From a virus (Duplodnaviria > Caudoviricetes): a DNA stretch of 44,662 bases. The notes under the pieces were generated by a model. It saw only the letters and a list, made by a program, of their open reading frames with translations, was not told the DNA's origin and ran no database searches. Positions 16,078-24,183 of the stretch are shown in pieces; the first letter of the stretch is position 1; every line of letters starts with the position of its first letter. The stretch lies in IMG/VR virus record IMGVR_UViG_3300046698_000093, positions 1 to 44,662 of that record; one strand, given 5' to 3'. The translations under genes were made by a program, and so were the position numbers.

Positions 16078-17346
16078 TTATTCCTCGGTTGTTTCGGGTT
16101 GGGTTAGGACGACCGTAGCGTTTAAACGCTTGTATCCTGGGGGCACGGTCACGCCGTCGCAACAAGCGACGTTGTTGTAACAGATCGGACAGTACGAGCA
16201 CTTGAATGTAGCTTCACACTGGTTGCCGTTCTCGTACCAAAATCCGGTGCGTTCCATTTCAGCCATCATCTTCTGGAGTGCCCATATCTGGTACTCAAAG
16301 TTCTTGAGTTCGGCATCGGTAAAGGACACTTCGCGGACGGCAAAGTAAAACTCCGGGCGGGTCGTCATGTCCTGGAGGAGCCGGGCACCGAACATGCCGG
16401 GCGTTTCACGAATCGAATAGGGCACTGGACCCGAACTTCCGTCTTTGCGGGGTTTCGGTACGGCCCCAAACTCGAATTTGACGTTGAATCCGTCAACGGC
16501 TATCTCGCAGGGACCATAACCCGGAACGCCGTTAGACCCCATTGAAACAGTCGTAGCCACTAATTGTTCTATCTTGAACTTTTGCCCGCAGTAGTCACCA
16601 GTCCTGACAAATTCCGCGGATTCGGCCATCGTCAACTTGCTCGGTTTGATCGTCGGCTTGTGCCATACGTCGTGCAGTAGGCCGGAGACGAGCGGGGCAC
16701 CTTGACCACTGGCACCGGGTGTCGCCACGGCGGGACAGGTGCCCGCTTCCTGGAGATCACGCATCGCCAGGATGTAATACTTGCTCTGCACATCTTTGCG
16801 GAGCCGATCCCAGTAGCTTGAACCAGAGTCGATGGACTTCGAGCTTGACTTATGCTCGCCGATGAACAGGCGACCGCTGGCTTTGTGCCGCATGAGCCGG
16901 TCGATCTTGCCGATCCGCACAAAGGTCGGTGTCTTATGGCCAGTCTCCGGGTTCACCAGGGGTAGCTCAAATTCCATCTCCGTCGCCACAGTCTCGTATT
17001 CGCTAGAACCAGCGGGGTGTAACCAGTGGTAGGCGGCGAGGGAGTTGGCGATGATCTCCCGCTCGACGGCCCAATCAGTCGGGTCGGCGTAGTCAGGGAT
17101 CGTCGTGTAGATCGCGGTCGCGGCTTCGACAGCCCGCTCCAGCCGGGTGTCTTCTTCCTCCGGTGAGGCGGGAGGAGCTTCAAGTACCTCCAGCCCGGTG
17201 TGCCAAGCGGTGCCCATCCGGGGTGCCGCGTCATCGACGGCCTTGCTAAGCCCTTCCACGTAATGCAGGCGGTACCGGGTCGGGCAGGCAAGGAAGGCGG
17301 CGATGCTGGATGCTGATACGAACTTCTTTGTGCATGTTGTTTCCAT
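16078..17346 (-). CDS. PD-(D/E)XK exonuclease, Cas4/RecB/AddB-like with Fe-S cysteines
   Basis: SASSIAAFLACPTRY, GTAWH, EMEF, GKIDRL, EHKS, QSKYY, C-terminal CEATFKCSYCPIC. Confidence 0.85.
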   Translation of the reverse strand: METTCTKKFVSASSIAAFLACPTRYRLHYVEGLSKAVDDAAPRMGTAWHTGLEVLEAPPASPEEEDTRLERAVEAATAIYTTIPDYADPTDWAVEREIIANSLAAYHWLHPAGSSEYETVATEMEFELPLVNPETGHKTPTFVRIGKIDRLMRHKASGRLFIGEHKSSSKSIDSGSSYWDRLRKDVQSKYYILAMRDLQEAGTCPAVATPGASGQGAPLVSGLLHDVWHKPTIKPSKLTMAESAEFVRTGDYCGQKFKIEQLVATTVSMGSNGVPGYGPCEIAVDGFNVKFEFGAVPKPRKDGSSGPVPYSIRETPGMFGARLLQDMTTRPEFYFAVREVSFTDAELKNFEYQIWALQKMMAEMERTGFWYENGNQCEATFKCSYCPICYNNVACCDGVTVPPGYKRLNATVVLTQPETTEE

Positions 17347-17347
17347 A

Positions 17348-17566
17348 TTATTCCCATTCCAAGGACAGGGTACCGTTAGCAGCTTGTTGGGCGCACAATA
17401 GACGCACGAGGGCGAGGAGGTCTTCCCGGTCAAATTCTGTGATTTCCATAGTTCGCCAAGTAACTTCAGAGGGAACTCCAGAAATCATGGGGGGCACCCT
17501 GAATTTATCCAGGGCCTTCTTTAGTACTTCCTTATATGTCAATGCGCCACAATGCGGGCAACTCAT
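17348..17566 (-). CDS. Hypothetical protein with CxxC
   Basis: GAGG RBS; directly downstream of a promoter. Confidence 0.6.
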   Translation of the reverse strand: MSCPHCGALTYKEVLKKALDKFRVPPMISGVPSEVTWRTMEITEFDREDLLALVRLLCAQQAANGTLSLEWE

Positions 17567-17587
17567 AAAACCTCACTTGTTAAAACC

Positions 17588-17615
17588 AGTATACCAGAAT
17601 TGTTTTATTTGTCAA
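17588..17615 (-). promoter_or_regulatory. Sigma70-type promoter for the recombination genes
   Basis: TTGACA-16 nt-TATACT with a TG extension. Confidence 0.7.
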
Positions 17616-17993
17616 TCACAAATTCAAATATTGATCGACAAAATCCGCTAGTGAATCCGCTAGGATGTACCAGCCTCCGGCATCCTGAATCTTCCGCTGC
17701 ATCTGTACTTGGTCATCGCGCTGCCGCCCACCCGGAGCCTTGCATTCGACCCCCAGGAATCGCCCACCGGGGATCAAACATGTCAGGTCGGGCCATCCAG
17801 CCGGGATGCCGCAGCCCATCCCTAGGCCCATGCGATTCAGGATACCAGCATCGGTGACTGCCAAGACGACGCCACGACTAATCAGCCATACCGCGATAGC
17901 CTTCTGGATTTTTGCTTCCGGCTTCTTGTTGCGTCGGCGTTGGGGGAGGCGATCTGTCACGATGGGATTGTAGAGTTCATCTTCAAGGGTCAT
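17616..17993 (-). CDS. VRR-NUC domain nuclease (Holliday junction resolvase-like)
   Basis: EAKIQKAI...GWPDL...GVECKAPGG...Q. Confidence 0.85.
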   Translation of the reverse strand: MTLEDELYNPIVTDRLPQRRRNKKPEAKIQKAIAVWLISRGVVLAVTDAGILNRMGLGMGCGIPAGWPDLTCLIPGGRFLGVECKAPGGRQRDDQVQMQRKIQDAGGWYILADSLADFVDQYLNL

Positions 17994-18208
17994 TGAAACC
18001 TCCTATCATACCGGCCCCGCCAGCCAGCCATCCAGCAGGCCCAGGCCGGGGTATCTAGTTCGTGAGGGCAGTTCACGGGGCTATCGCCCGCATCGAATGC
18101 CTTGGCCCCCCGGAAGGCTTCACCCCACCGGGTGCCCGCTTTGGCCGCATCGCGGGCGTCGATCATCTTCCGCCGAAGGCGGTTTACATATACCGGAGGG
18201 CGTCCCAT
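17990..18208 (-). CDS. Rmf/CrpP-fold-like small protein
   Basis: GAKAFDAGDSPVNCPH...WMAGW matches the Rmf-like pattern G..A...G.....CP(Y/H).......W..GW. Confidence 0.6.
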   Translation of the reverse strand: MGRPPVYVNRLRRKMIDARDAAKAGTRWGEAFRGAKAFDAGDSPVNCPHELDTPAWACWMAGWRGRYDRRFQ

Positions 18209-18435
18209 CGTCTGAGTCCTCGGCCCGTCCATGAACCGTCTAGTCTGCCTATCAGAGTTTCGATTTCGTCTAGGGTCATCGGTGGATGATCCTTGAACCG
18301 GGCCTGCACAAGCGGGTTGACGTGGGGCGGAATCTCGTCTCGGGCGACCGCGTTCTCCAGCCACTTGCCCCATGTACGAAGGGCGGCACAGACCTGGGCG
18401 GTCTCGCGGGGCGTGAGTTTATGCTTTTGGGCCAC
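18184..18435 (-). CDS. Hypothetical phage protein
   Basis: GTG start; LTPRETAQVCAALRTW...LDEIETL. Confidence 0.6.
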   Translation of the reverse strand: MAQKHKLTPRETAQVCAALRTWGKWLENAVARDEIPPHVNPLVQARFKDHPPMTLDEIETLIGRLDGSWTGRGLRRWDALRYM

Positions 18436-18637
18436 AGTCCACCAAGCCTTCCCGGGCAACGATTCGGCGGCGGAGTTCTTCCTGCTTCTCCGCGAGGGTG
18501 CCAGAAATTTCGGGGCACTGAATGCGCCCGTGGTGCGTCGGCGAACTATCCACCCGCCACTCCACATAATATGTAGGATCAGTACCGGGCCGCAATTTGT
18601 CGTACATAGGTTGTGTCGCGTATTCGAGTATTATCAT
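18419..18637 (-). CDS. Hypothetical protein
   Basis: ATGA coupling and GAGG RBS. Confidence 0.55.
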   Translation of the reverse strand: MIILEYATQPMYDKLRPGTDPTYYVEWRVDSSPTHHGRIQCPEISGTLAEKQEELRRRIVAREGLVDCGPKA

Positions 18638-18912
18638 GTTCGATCCTCGCGAACCGATGCCACCAGTAGGCCGACATAGGAGAACCACTTCTCTTGCTCC
18701 ACATCTTCGCCGCGATGAATGGCGAACGCAGTTAAATACGCCAAAGCATAGTGGTCTAACAAATGGGCGTCGTCCACGTAAACTCGCTTGGGGGTCCTGT
18801 GAACTTCTTCGTCCATCATCCCATGTATATACCCGGAGAGGAACCGGGGTGTCCAGTGTGGGTGTGCCAACTTTAACTTCTGGTACGCCGCCTCTTGCTC
18901 AACATTAGTCAT
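18634..18912 (-). CDS. Hypothetical protein
   Basis: Start overlaps the polymerase stop. Confidence 0.6.
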   Translation of the reverse strand: MTNVEQEAAYQKLKLAHPHWTPRFLSGYIHGMMDEEVHRTPKRVYVDDAHLLDHYALAYLTAFAIHRGEDVEQEKWFSYVGLLVASVREDRT

Positions 18913-20932
18913 ATCTTGATCCTATGGTTGCATCCACGTTAAGGGGCCAGCCTGTTGCCCACGCGGGCACGGTCTTCAAGGCGTCCGTCACACAAGCAAA
19001 CGCCAATGTCTGTTGTTCGGTTGGCGTTGCTACTACTATACTATCATGCACGTGGAATGCAACCCTAAATCCGTGATCTTCGCAAAATAAAATCGCGCCG
19101 GCTAGGATATCGCGGGACATCGCTTGTACACAATTTTCGGTTAGGGTGCCGCCGTAGAGTTTTCCCCACTGGTAGCCAAGCTGGTTGTCTCGGTCGATGC
19201 CAGCGTGGGGGTAGAATAGTGCCCGACCAGAGGGCAATCGGAGCACGACAGTTGATCCGTCCTTAGACAGCGATAAGCCCCGCAGGGTTTGGGGTTGGCC
19301 ATAACGCACCACGTATCTGAATGTATTTTCAATATCGGTCCAGAACTTAGGAACCATCCGATATGTGTTCCGGTAAATATCCACATACCGCTTGCACTCA
19401 GTTAAGTTTACTTGACCGGAGATCACAAAGGGCCGACCGTCTGGGTCTTCTTCTATAGATTCCAGCAGCCGATTGTGCCCCATACCATATCCTAGACCGA
19501 GAATACACTTTTTGCCGATGAACCGTCGCCCATATAAAAGCTTGTGGACCGGAGGTGGGTCATCTTTTTTGGGTTTTCGGCATGGGGCGGCGAAGGCTAT
19601 TTCGGCAAAGGCCGAATATATATCGCGATCCTCGCGGAACGCCTGAAGCAAGTCTTCTTGCCCCGCAATCCACGCCACGCCACGAGCCTCGATTTGCGCA
19701 GCGTCCGCGAGGATCAGAACATGCCCCTCCGGGGCGACCAGGCAGTGTTTGATCTCTACTTGCAAGCCCTTACCCCGTGTAGGTAAATTCTGGAGATTCA
19801 TGCCCTCGCCGCCCGACCAGCGACCCGTACTGGCACCGTAATAATTCAAGGGTATGGGCAATCGCCCACCGTTGGCCTTGGCCTGGGCAGACATCGACTT
19901 GATACGCTTGATATGGAGCGGGGTTGATTTCACGGTCTGCCGAGCAGCAATCAGGGCACGGACGCGGGGGTTGCGGTGTCTCTTGAGTTCTGCCAACGCG
20001 GAATCATCTTTTGCGAGTGCGGCGATCAGTTCCTTCTTACCCTGTTTCATCGGGACAACTTCGCCCGTCTCCGCAAGGGCAGCACCAAGTAAGGCGCAAT
20101 AGCTTTTGTCGCCGCTGATCTCCTTGACGGCGATTCCTACAGGCATATCCTTGGCGACCTGGGCCTCCATCCTGGCGGCTAGGTCGGCGGCAAGTTTGGA
20201 ATCAAATTCCAAATCAGAATCCCAGAACAGCCGAAGGGTATGAGCGGCCAGCCGAAGTTCGACTTCAGGCCGCGTCAGGCGGGGCAGGAGAAGGGCAAAG
20301 GCGTCCATCTCCCTCTCGGCGTCATTGTTCGCGTAGGAAGCCAGAGCCGTCTTCTGATCGTCGGTCATATCAGCCCAATGCAATCCCTCGAATTGCATCG
20401 TGTCACCCTTGGGCGGCAGTCCCAGGCGTTCGCAGATCACGCGGAGGTTGTGCTGGTTCCGGGCGTCTAAGTGCCTTGATAAAGCAAGGACATCCACGAC
20501 GTATGAAAGGGCAATACCATGCTTTCGTTTCAGAATTGTACCATCGAAACGAGCATTCTGAATCACTACGGTAGCACCTTCCAGATTCTTGCCGTATTGA
20601 CTTTGCAACCATGAGATTTGTTCCTCAGTGTTATGCCAGAAGGTAGACTGGCGAGGGGCAAAGGGTTGACCGTCTGGAATCACCAAACAGGCAACCCCCA
20701 ACTCCTCATAGTGGGGGGACATCACGTATTCTACCGTACTCAAGGAACCGGTCTTGCGGCCCATATGATATTGTTTGGAAAAGAAACACTCGAAATCGAG
20801 CACGACGATCTCGGTCGGCCAACCCGCGTCCTTCAATACGGAAGACCAGCCTGCCCCGACGTTGACCGGCCCAGGTGGAGGTTGTACCTGGGAGGGAGGT
20901 ATGGTCGGGAGGTTCGGGGCAGGCTTGGCCAT
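18905..20932 (-). CDS. Family A DNA polymerase with 3'-5' exonuclease
   Basis: ExoI LDFE, ExoII NARFD, ExoIII YANND; TGRWSG, NLQNLP; motif A DAAQIEAR; motif B RFIGKKCILGLGYG; motif C HVHDS. Confidence 0.95.
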   Translation of the reverse strand: MAKPAPNLPTIPPSQVQPPPGPVNVGAGWSSVLKDAGWPTEIVVLDFECFFSKQYHMGRKTGSLSTVEYVMSPHYEELGVACLVIPDGQPFAPRQSTFWHNTEEQISWLQSQYGKNLEGATVVIQNARFDGTILKRKHGIALSYVVDVLALSRHLDARNQHNLRVICERLGLPPKGDTMQFEGLHWADMTDDQKTALASYANNDAEREMDAFALLLPRLTRPEVELRLAAHTLRLFWDSDLEFDSKLAADLAARMEAQVAKDMPVGIAVKEISGDKSYCALLGAALAETGEVVPMKQGKKELIAALAKDDSALAELKRHRNPRVRALIAARQTVKSTPLHIKRIKSMSAQAKANGGRLPIPLNYYGASTGRWSGGEGMNLQNLPTRGKGLQVEIKHCLVAPEGHVLILADAAQIEARGVAWIAGQEDLLQAFREDRDIYSAFAEIAFAAPCRKPKKDDPPPVHKLLYGRRFIGKKCILGLGYGMGHNRLLESIEEDPDGRPFVISGQVNLTECKRYVDIYRNTYRMVPKFWTDIENTFRYVVRYGQPQTLRGLSLSKDGSTVVLRLPSGRALFYPHAGIDRDNQLGYQWGKLYGGTLTENCVQAMSRDILAGAILFCEDHGFRVAFHVHDSIVVATPTEQQTLAFACVTDALKTVPAWATGWPLNVDATIGSRYD

Positions 20933-20933
20933 G

Positions 20934-21206
20934 TTATTTCTTTTCCAATTTATCGGCTTGCAAAGCTACAAGGCGTTCAAATTGCCTTAGAAGATTGACG
21001 ACTTGTGCCTGTAGTTCTCCGCACCTTTGCTCCGCAGTGTGACTCCGATTGTTAGCGGCGTCGGTATCGGCAGAACACCGAGCGAGTTCCCTTACAGCCT
21101 GATTCCACTTTGTTTCAAGTTGGGCATTTTCCGCCCGTAGAGTAGTGTTGATCTGCCGGTATCTTGCCAAGGCAAGCTCATGCTGATTCTTGATAGAGAG
21201 TTTCAT
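20934..21206 (-). CDS. Coiled-coil hypothetical protein
   Basis: GAGG RBS; heptad-like sequence. Confidence 0.6.
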   Translation of the reverse strand: MKLSIKNQHELALARYRQINTTLRAENAQLETKWNQAVRELARCSADTDAANNRSHTAEQRCGELQAQVVNLLRQFERLVALQADKLEKK

Positions 21207-21592
21207 TTCTTTTCCTCGAAATCGGCAACCCAACCGACGCCGGGTTCGCCCACGATGCGATAGTCCCGCCCAACCAGCCGCTCGGCCTCGGCCACTACCG
21301 GCTCCAGGTCTTTGACGACGGCGTGGACGCGGATCATGCTGATCGCCTGTACGACCTTCGCCACGAGAATGCTCGTGCAGGTCGGGTGGTCGGCCCGACC
21401 CGTCAGTCCGATTTGCGGCAGGTCTTTGTGCTCGTTGTTCAGGCAGTCCAGCAGGACCGAAAACTTCTGTCGTGCAGCGGGGTCCGCTGAGGTCTGCATC
21501 TGGCCGCAGATGATCGTTCTTAGCCGCTGGACATATTTGCTTGGCTTGCCATCATCTTTGCGATCCGGCAATGCCGGGGGTGCTTCTACCAT
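21203..21592 (-). CDS. Hypothetical protein
   Basis: GGAG RBS before MVEAPPALP; downstream of promoter 21629-21656. Confidence 0.65.
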   Translation of the reverse strand: MVEAPPALPDRKDDGKPSKYVQRLRTIICGQMQTSADPAARQKFSVLLDCLNNEHKDLPQIGLTGRADHPTCTSILVAKVVQAISMIRVHAVVKDLEPVVAEAERLVGRDYRIVGEPGVGWVADFEEKK

Positions 21593-21628
21593 TGTATTCT
21601 CCAATAAAGTTCGATGCGTTACGCAGTT

Positions 21629-21656
21629 ATTGTACCAAAAGTTCATCCAGTGTCAA
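21629..21656 (-). promoter_or_regulatory. Sigma70-type promoter for the polymerase operon
   Basis: TTGACA-16 nt-TACAAT with a TG extension. Confidence 0.7.
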
Positions 21657-21657
21657 G

Positions 21658-21960
21658 TTAAATCCGTCCGGGGAATGCGATTTCAACTTGGAGTTTTCGT
21701 CCGTCCGACAGGATCAGGAACGCGGAATAGTTGCCTCCTGAATCCTTGCAACAATCACGGGCTTCCTTGAGATCGGTGATAAACTTGTGAAGTGCCTGGG
21801 GAGCATTGCACCGCACCCGCAGAAATTTAGGCTTGGCCGGGCCGTCTACTTTTTGCCCACAGCATAAGACCGGGGCAGGCATAGAAGGCATCGAAACGCC
21901 GGGGGTGGTGAACTTGCCAGTCTTTACGTTGAACGGTGCGAGGGTCGGGGGGTTACTCAT
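21658..21960 (-). CDS. Hypothetical protein
   Basis: ATGA coupling; AAGGAGG RBS. Confidence 0.6.
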   Translation of the reverse strand: MSNPPTLAPFNVKTGKFTTPGVSMPSMPAPVLCCGQKVDGPAKPKFLRVRCNAPQALHKFITDLKEARDCCKDSGGNYSAFLILSDGRKLQVEIAFPGRI

Positions 21961-22568
21961 TTGCAAGCCTCCTTCGCTATCGTGACCAAGTCAAATTTAG
22001 CCGCCCCAGCCGCCCAAGCCGCCGCCTCAGCTGCCGCCTCAGCCGCCCAAGCCGCCGCCCCAGCCGCCTCAGCCGCCGCCTCAGCCGCCCAAGCCGCCGC
22101 CTCAGCCGCCCAAGCCGCCCGCGCCGCCCCAGCCGCCGCCTCAGCCGCCGCCTCAGCCGCCTCGGGTGAACGGTCTTCACCAGATAGCCAAGCATCGGCC
22201 CACTTATTCCAAAGAGGGTTCGCACAGATTTTTTTGCCACAGAGTATCGCGAACCTCGCGACTTGCTCTGGCGTGATTTGGGGCATAGGAATACGATGGA
22301 GCGTCCTACCGTTTCGACACCCTACTTTCGAACCGCAATCATTTTTCTCTACGGTGCCTCGCCCCTCCCACAGATGAGCGGTTGCGAGATCAAAGTTACA
22401 ATGTAGCGGGTTTAGGAGCACCGCAAGTAGTGGATGAGTATACCAGTGCGTGAATCCCGGTCCGCACAATTCGCCCTCGCCGGATGTATTATGGGTCACA
22501 CCTGGACCCCATTGACATTTGTTGTACGTTTGGTCGTTTTGATCCGTTAGTTTGTATAGCTTATTCAC
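21957..22568 (-). CDS. Phage protein with an Ala-rich (AAEAAAWAA) C-terminal repeat
   Basis: GGAGG RBS and GTG start; YKLTDQ...GELCGPGFTHWY N-domain; GCC-rich repeats at about 22000-22162. Confidence 0.7.
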   Translation of the reverse strand: MNKLYKLTDQNDQTYNKCQWGPGVTHNTSGEGELCGPGFTHWYTHPLLAVLLNPLHCNFDLATAHLWEGRGTVEKNDCGSKVGCRNGRTLHRIPMPQITPEQVARFAILCGKKICANPLWNKWADAWLSGEDRSPEAAEAAAEAAAGAARAAWAAEAAAWAAEAAAEAAGAAAWAAEAAAEAAAWAAGAAKFDLVTIAKEACK

Positions 22569-22746
22569 TGTCCACCTCCAAGTCGTCGCCGGGTCGTCGG
22601 ACCGAGGCAACAGCGATCTTGAGCCGGATGTGGGCACCGCAGCCGGTCCACTTGCCCGCCGCGTCCCATCGGTTGGCGACCCACACGATCCGCCCGCCTG
22701 TCAATTCACGACGGCGGATTTCGGGATACGCTATCACATTTCCCAT
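22561..22746 (-). CDS. Hypothetical protein
   Basis: GGAGG RBS. Confidence 0.55.
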   Translation of the reverse strand: MGNVIAYPEIRRRELTGGRIVWVANRWDAAGKWTGCGAHIRLKIAVASVRRPGDDLEVDSE

Positions 22747-23203
22747 GCTACATGCCTCCAACTCTTGCCATTGGTTACTTGCTGAATTGCCGCCTTGCTA
22801 ACTCCGAACCATCGGGCCAGAAAACGCCACGAAACCCCCGTGCGTGGGCACCCCGACATAATCTAACAATGTCTTCCGTCAACTTTGCGGCACCCATCTT
22901 CTCGCCTTTCGCTTGTCTATTTTTCTTATCCCGGTCGGCATCGTTATCTGCCCTAGTTCCTAACCATAAATGAATCGGATTCACACAAGCCGGGTTGTCA
23001 CAAGCATGGCATACACACATACCAAAAGGAATGGAACCGTAGGTTAGAATCCAAGCCCGACGATGAGCCATGATAGGGTGCCCATGTAACTTGGACCGAC
23101 CGTAACCGGCAGGGTCTTTATACAATTGCCAATTCCAGCAGCCATTAGCCGCTATCATGTAATGGTGTCCATTTCGGAACGGTTTTGTTACTAGCCTACC
23201 CAT
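22734..23203 (-). CDS. HNH homing endonuclease with its C-terminal HTH split off by a frameshift at 22835-22839
   Basis: GCWNW...GYG...AHRRAW...VCHACDNPACVNPIHLWLGTRADNDAD...AKLTEDIV. The zero frame stops at 22775; the -1 frame gives VSWRFLARWFGVSKAAIQQVTNGKSWRHV. Confidence 0.85.
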
Positions 23204-23372
23204 TGTAATACTCCGCACAAAGGCCATCGCAGAATTGCTGGTCCGGAGCTTCCGGCACGAATTCACGGCCGCATTCCGGGCATTCCCGCGTGTGGTCTTT
23301 CCAGGCGTCGGGGCACCCGTGCTCGTGACACATAACGCCGTTAATCATCAACGCTCGACAATGCTTGCACAT
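23196..23372 (-). CDS. Small Cys-rich (Zn-binding) phage protein
   Basis: CKHC..MINGVMCHEHGCP...CPECG...FCDGLC; GGAGGT RBS. Confidence 0.7.
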   Translation of the reverse strand: MCKHCRALMINGVMCHEHGCPDAWKDHTRECPECGREFVPEAPDQQFCDGLCAEYYNG

Positions 23373-23384
23373 TTTTGCACCTCC

Positions 23385-23475
23385 AGGGCACCATGCCCAA
23401 AGGGACTCCGAGGAGTTACACCCCGGAATGGCCGACTGAAAGGAGCGAAAGATCGGCCTCTGCGCTGGCATCCCT
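23385..23475 (-). ncRNA. Structured intergenic three-way junction with a T-loop-like hairpin
   Basis: TTCCGGGG-TGTAACT-CCTCGGAG hairpin, GGCCGAT/GTCGGCC hairpin, and closing stem AGGGATGCCA/TGGTGCCCT. Confidence 0.55.
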
Positions 23476-23480
23476 AAGAA

Positions 23481-24089
23481 TTATCCGAGGTCTTTGGCGG
23501 TGCCGAAGACCTTGGCGGTGCCGAAGACCTCGGCGTTGCCGGAGACCCTGGCGTTGCCGAAGACCCTGGCGTTGCCGGAGACCCCGGCGTAGCCGAAGAC
23601 CTTGGCGGTGCCGAAGACCTCGGCGTTGCCGGAGACCCCGGCGTTGCCGAAGACCCTGGCGTTGCCGGAGACCCCGGCGTAGCCGAAGACCTTGGCGTTG
23701 CCGAAGACCTCGGCGTTGCCGAAGACCCTGGCGTCGCCGGAGACCCCGGCGTTGCCGAAGACCTCGGCGTTGTCGAAGACCCTGGCGTTGCCGGAGACCT
23801 CGGCGTTGCCGAAGACCCTGGCGTTGCCGGAGACCCCGGCGTTGCCGAAGACCTCGGCGTTGTCGAAGACCCTGGCGTTGCCGAAGACCTCGGCGTTGCC
23901 GGAGACCCTGGCGTTGCCGAAGACCTTGGCGAAAAAACCCACAAAAACAGTTTTGTCCACTATCGCGGTGTCAGCTACTAAACCACCACCGTTACAATGA
24001 CGATGGTATTTAACGCCGTCAATTGTAATGGCAGTGCCCTTGACTATTATTCCCATATCTTCGGGCCATCTTGCATACTTGATTTTCAT
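23481..24089 (-). CDS. Hexapeptide-repeat (left-handed beta-helix) protein
   Basis: HRHCNGGGLVADTAIVD leader followed by more than 20 V(F/S)G(N/D/T/Y)A(R/E/K/G) units; GGAGGT RBS. Confidence 0.85.
   Translation of the reverse strand: MKIKYARWPEDMGIIVKGTAITIDGVKYHRHCNGGGLVADTAIVDKTVFVGFFAKVFGNARVSGNAEVFGNARVFDNAEVFGNAGVSGNARVFGNAEVSGNARVFDNAEVFGNAGVSGDARVFGNAEVFGNAKVFGYAGVSGNARVFGNAGVSGNAEVFGTAKVFGYAGVSGNARVFGNARVSGNAEVFGTAKVFGTAKDLG
23490..23932. repeat. 18-nt degenerate coding tandem repeat
   Basis: GGCGTTGCCG(A/G)AGACCNN units with no spacers. Confidence 0.95.
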
Positions 24090-24118
24090 GCTTGCACCTC
24101 CAAGCCACTATCGGCTAA

Positions 24119-24167
24119 TCCTACGGCGGGGGGTTGCACCCCGCCTCACGGCGTAACCCGTGTAGGA
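24119..24167 (-). ncRNA. Minimal tRNA-like element (T-arm stacked on a closing stem)
   Basis: TCCTAC ACGG-GTTACG-CCGT GA GGCGGGG-TGCAACC-CCCCGCC GTAGGA; all three stems are perfect Watson-Crick. Confidence 0.6.
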
Positions 24168-24183
24168 CACAAATCGGCCCGCG

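Noticed and set aside
16078-17346. cas4 as part of a CRISPR-Cas system
   Set aside because: No other cas genes or array; the context (Sak4-like ATPase, SSB) is a standard phage recombination module.
23490-23932. Possible CRISPR array, or the plus-strand Arg/Cys/Trp-repeat ORF 23375-24013
   Set aside because: The 18-nt units are contiguous with no unique spacers, and the minus-strand hexapeptide frame with a strong RBS explains them.
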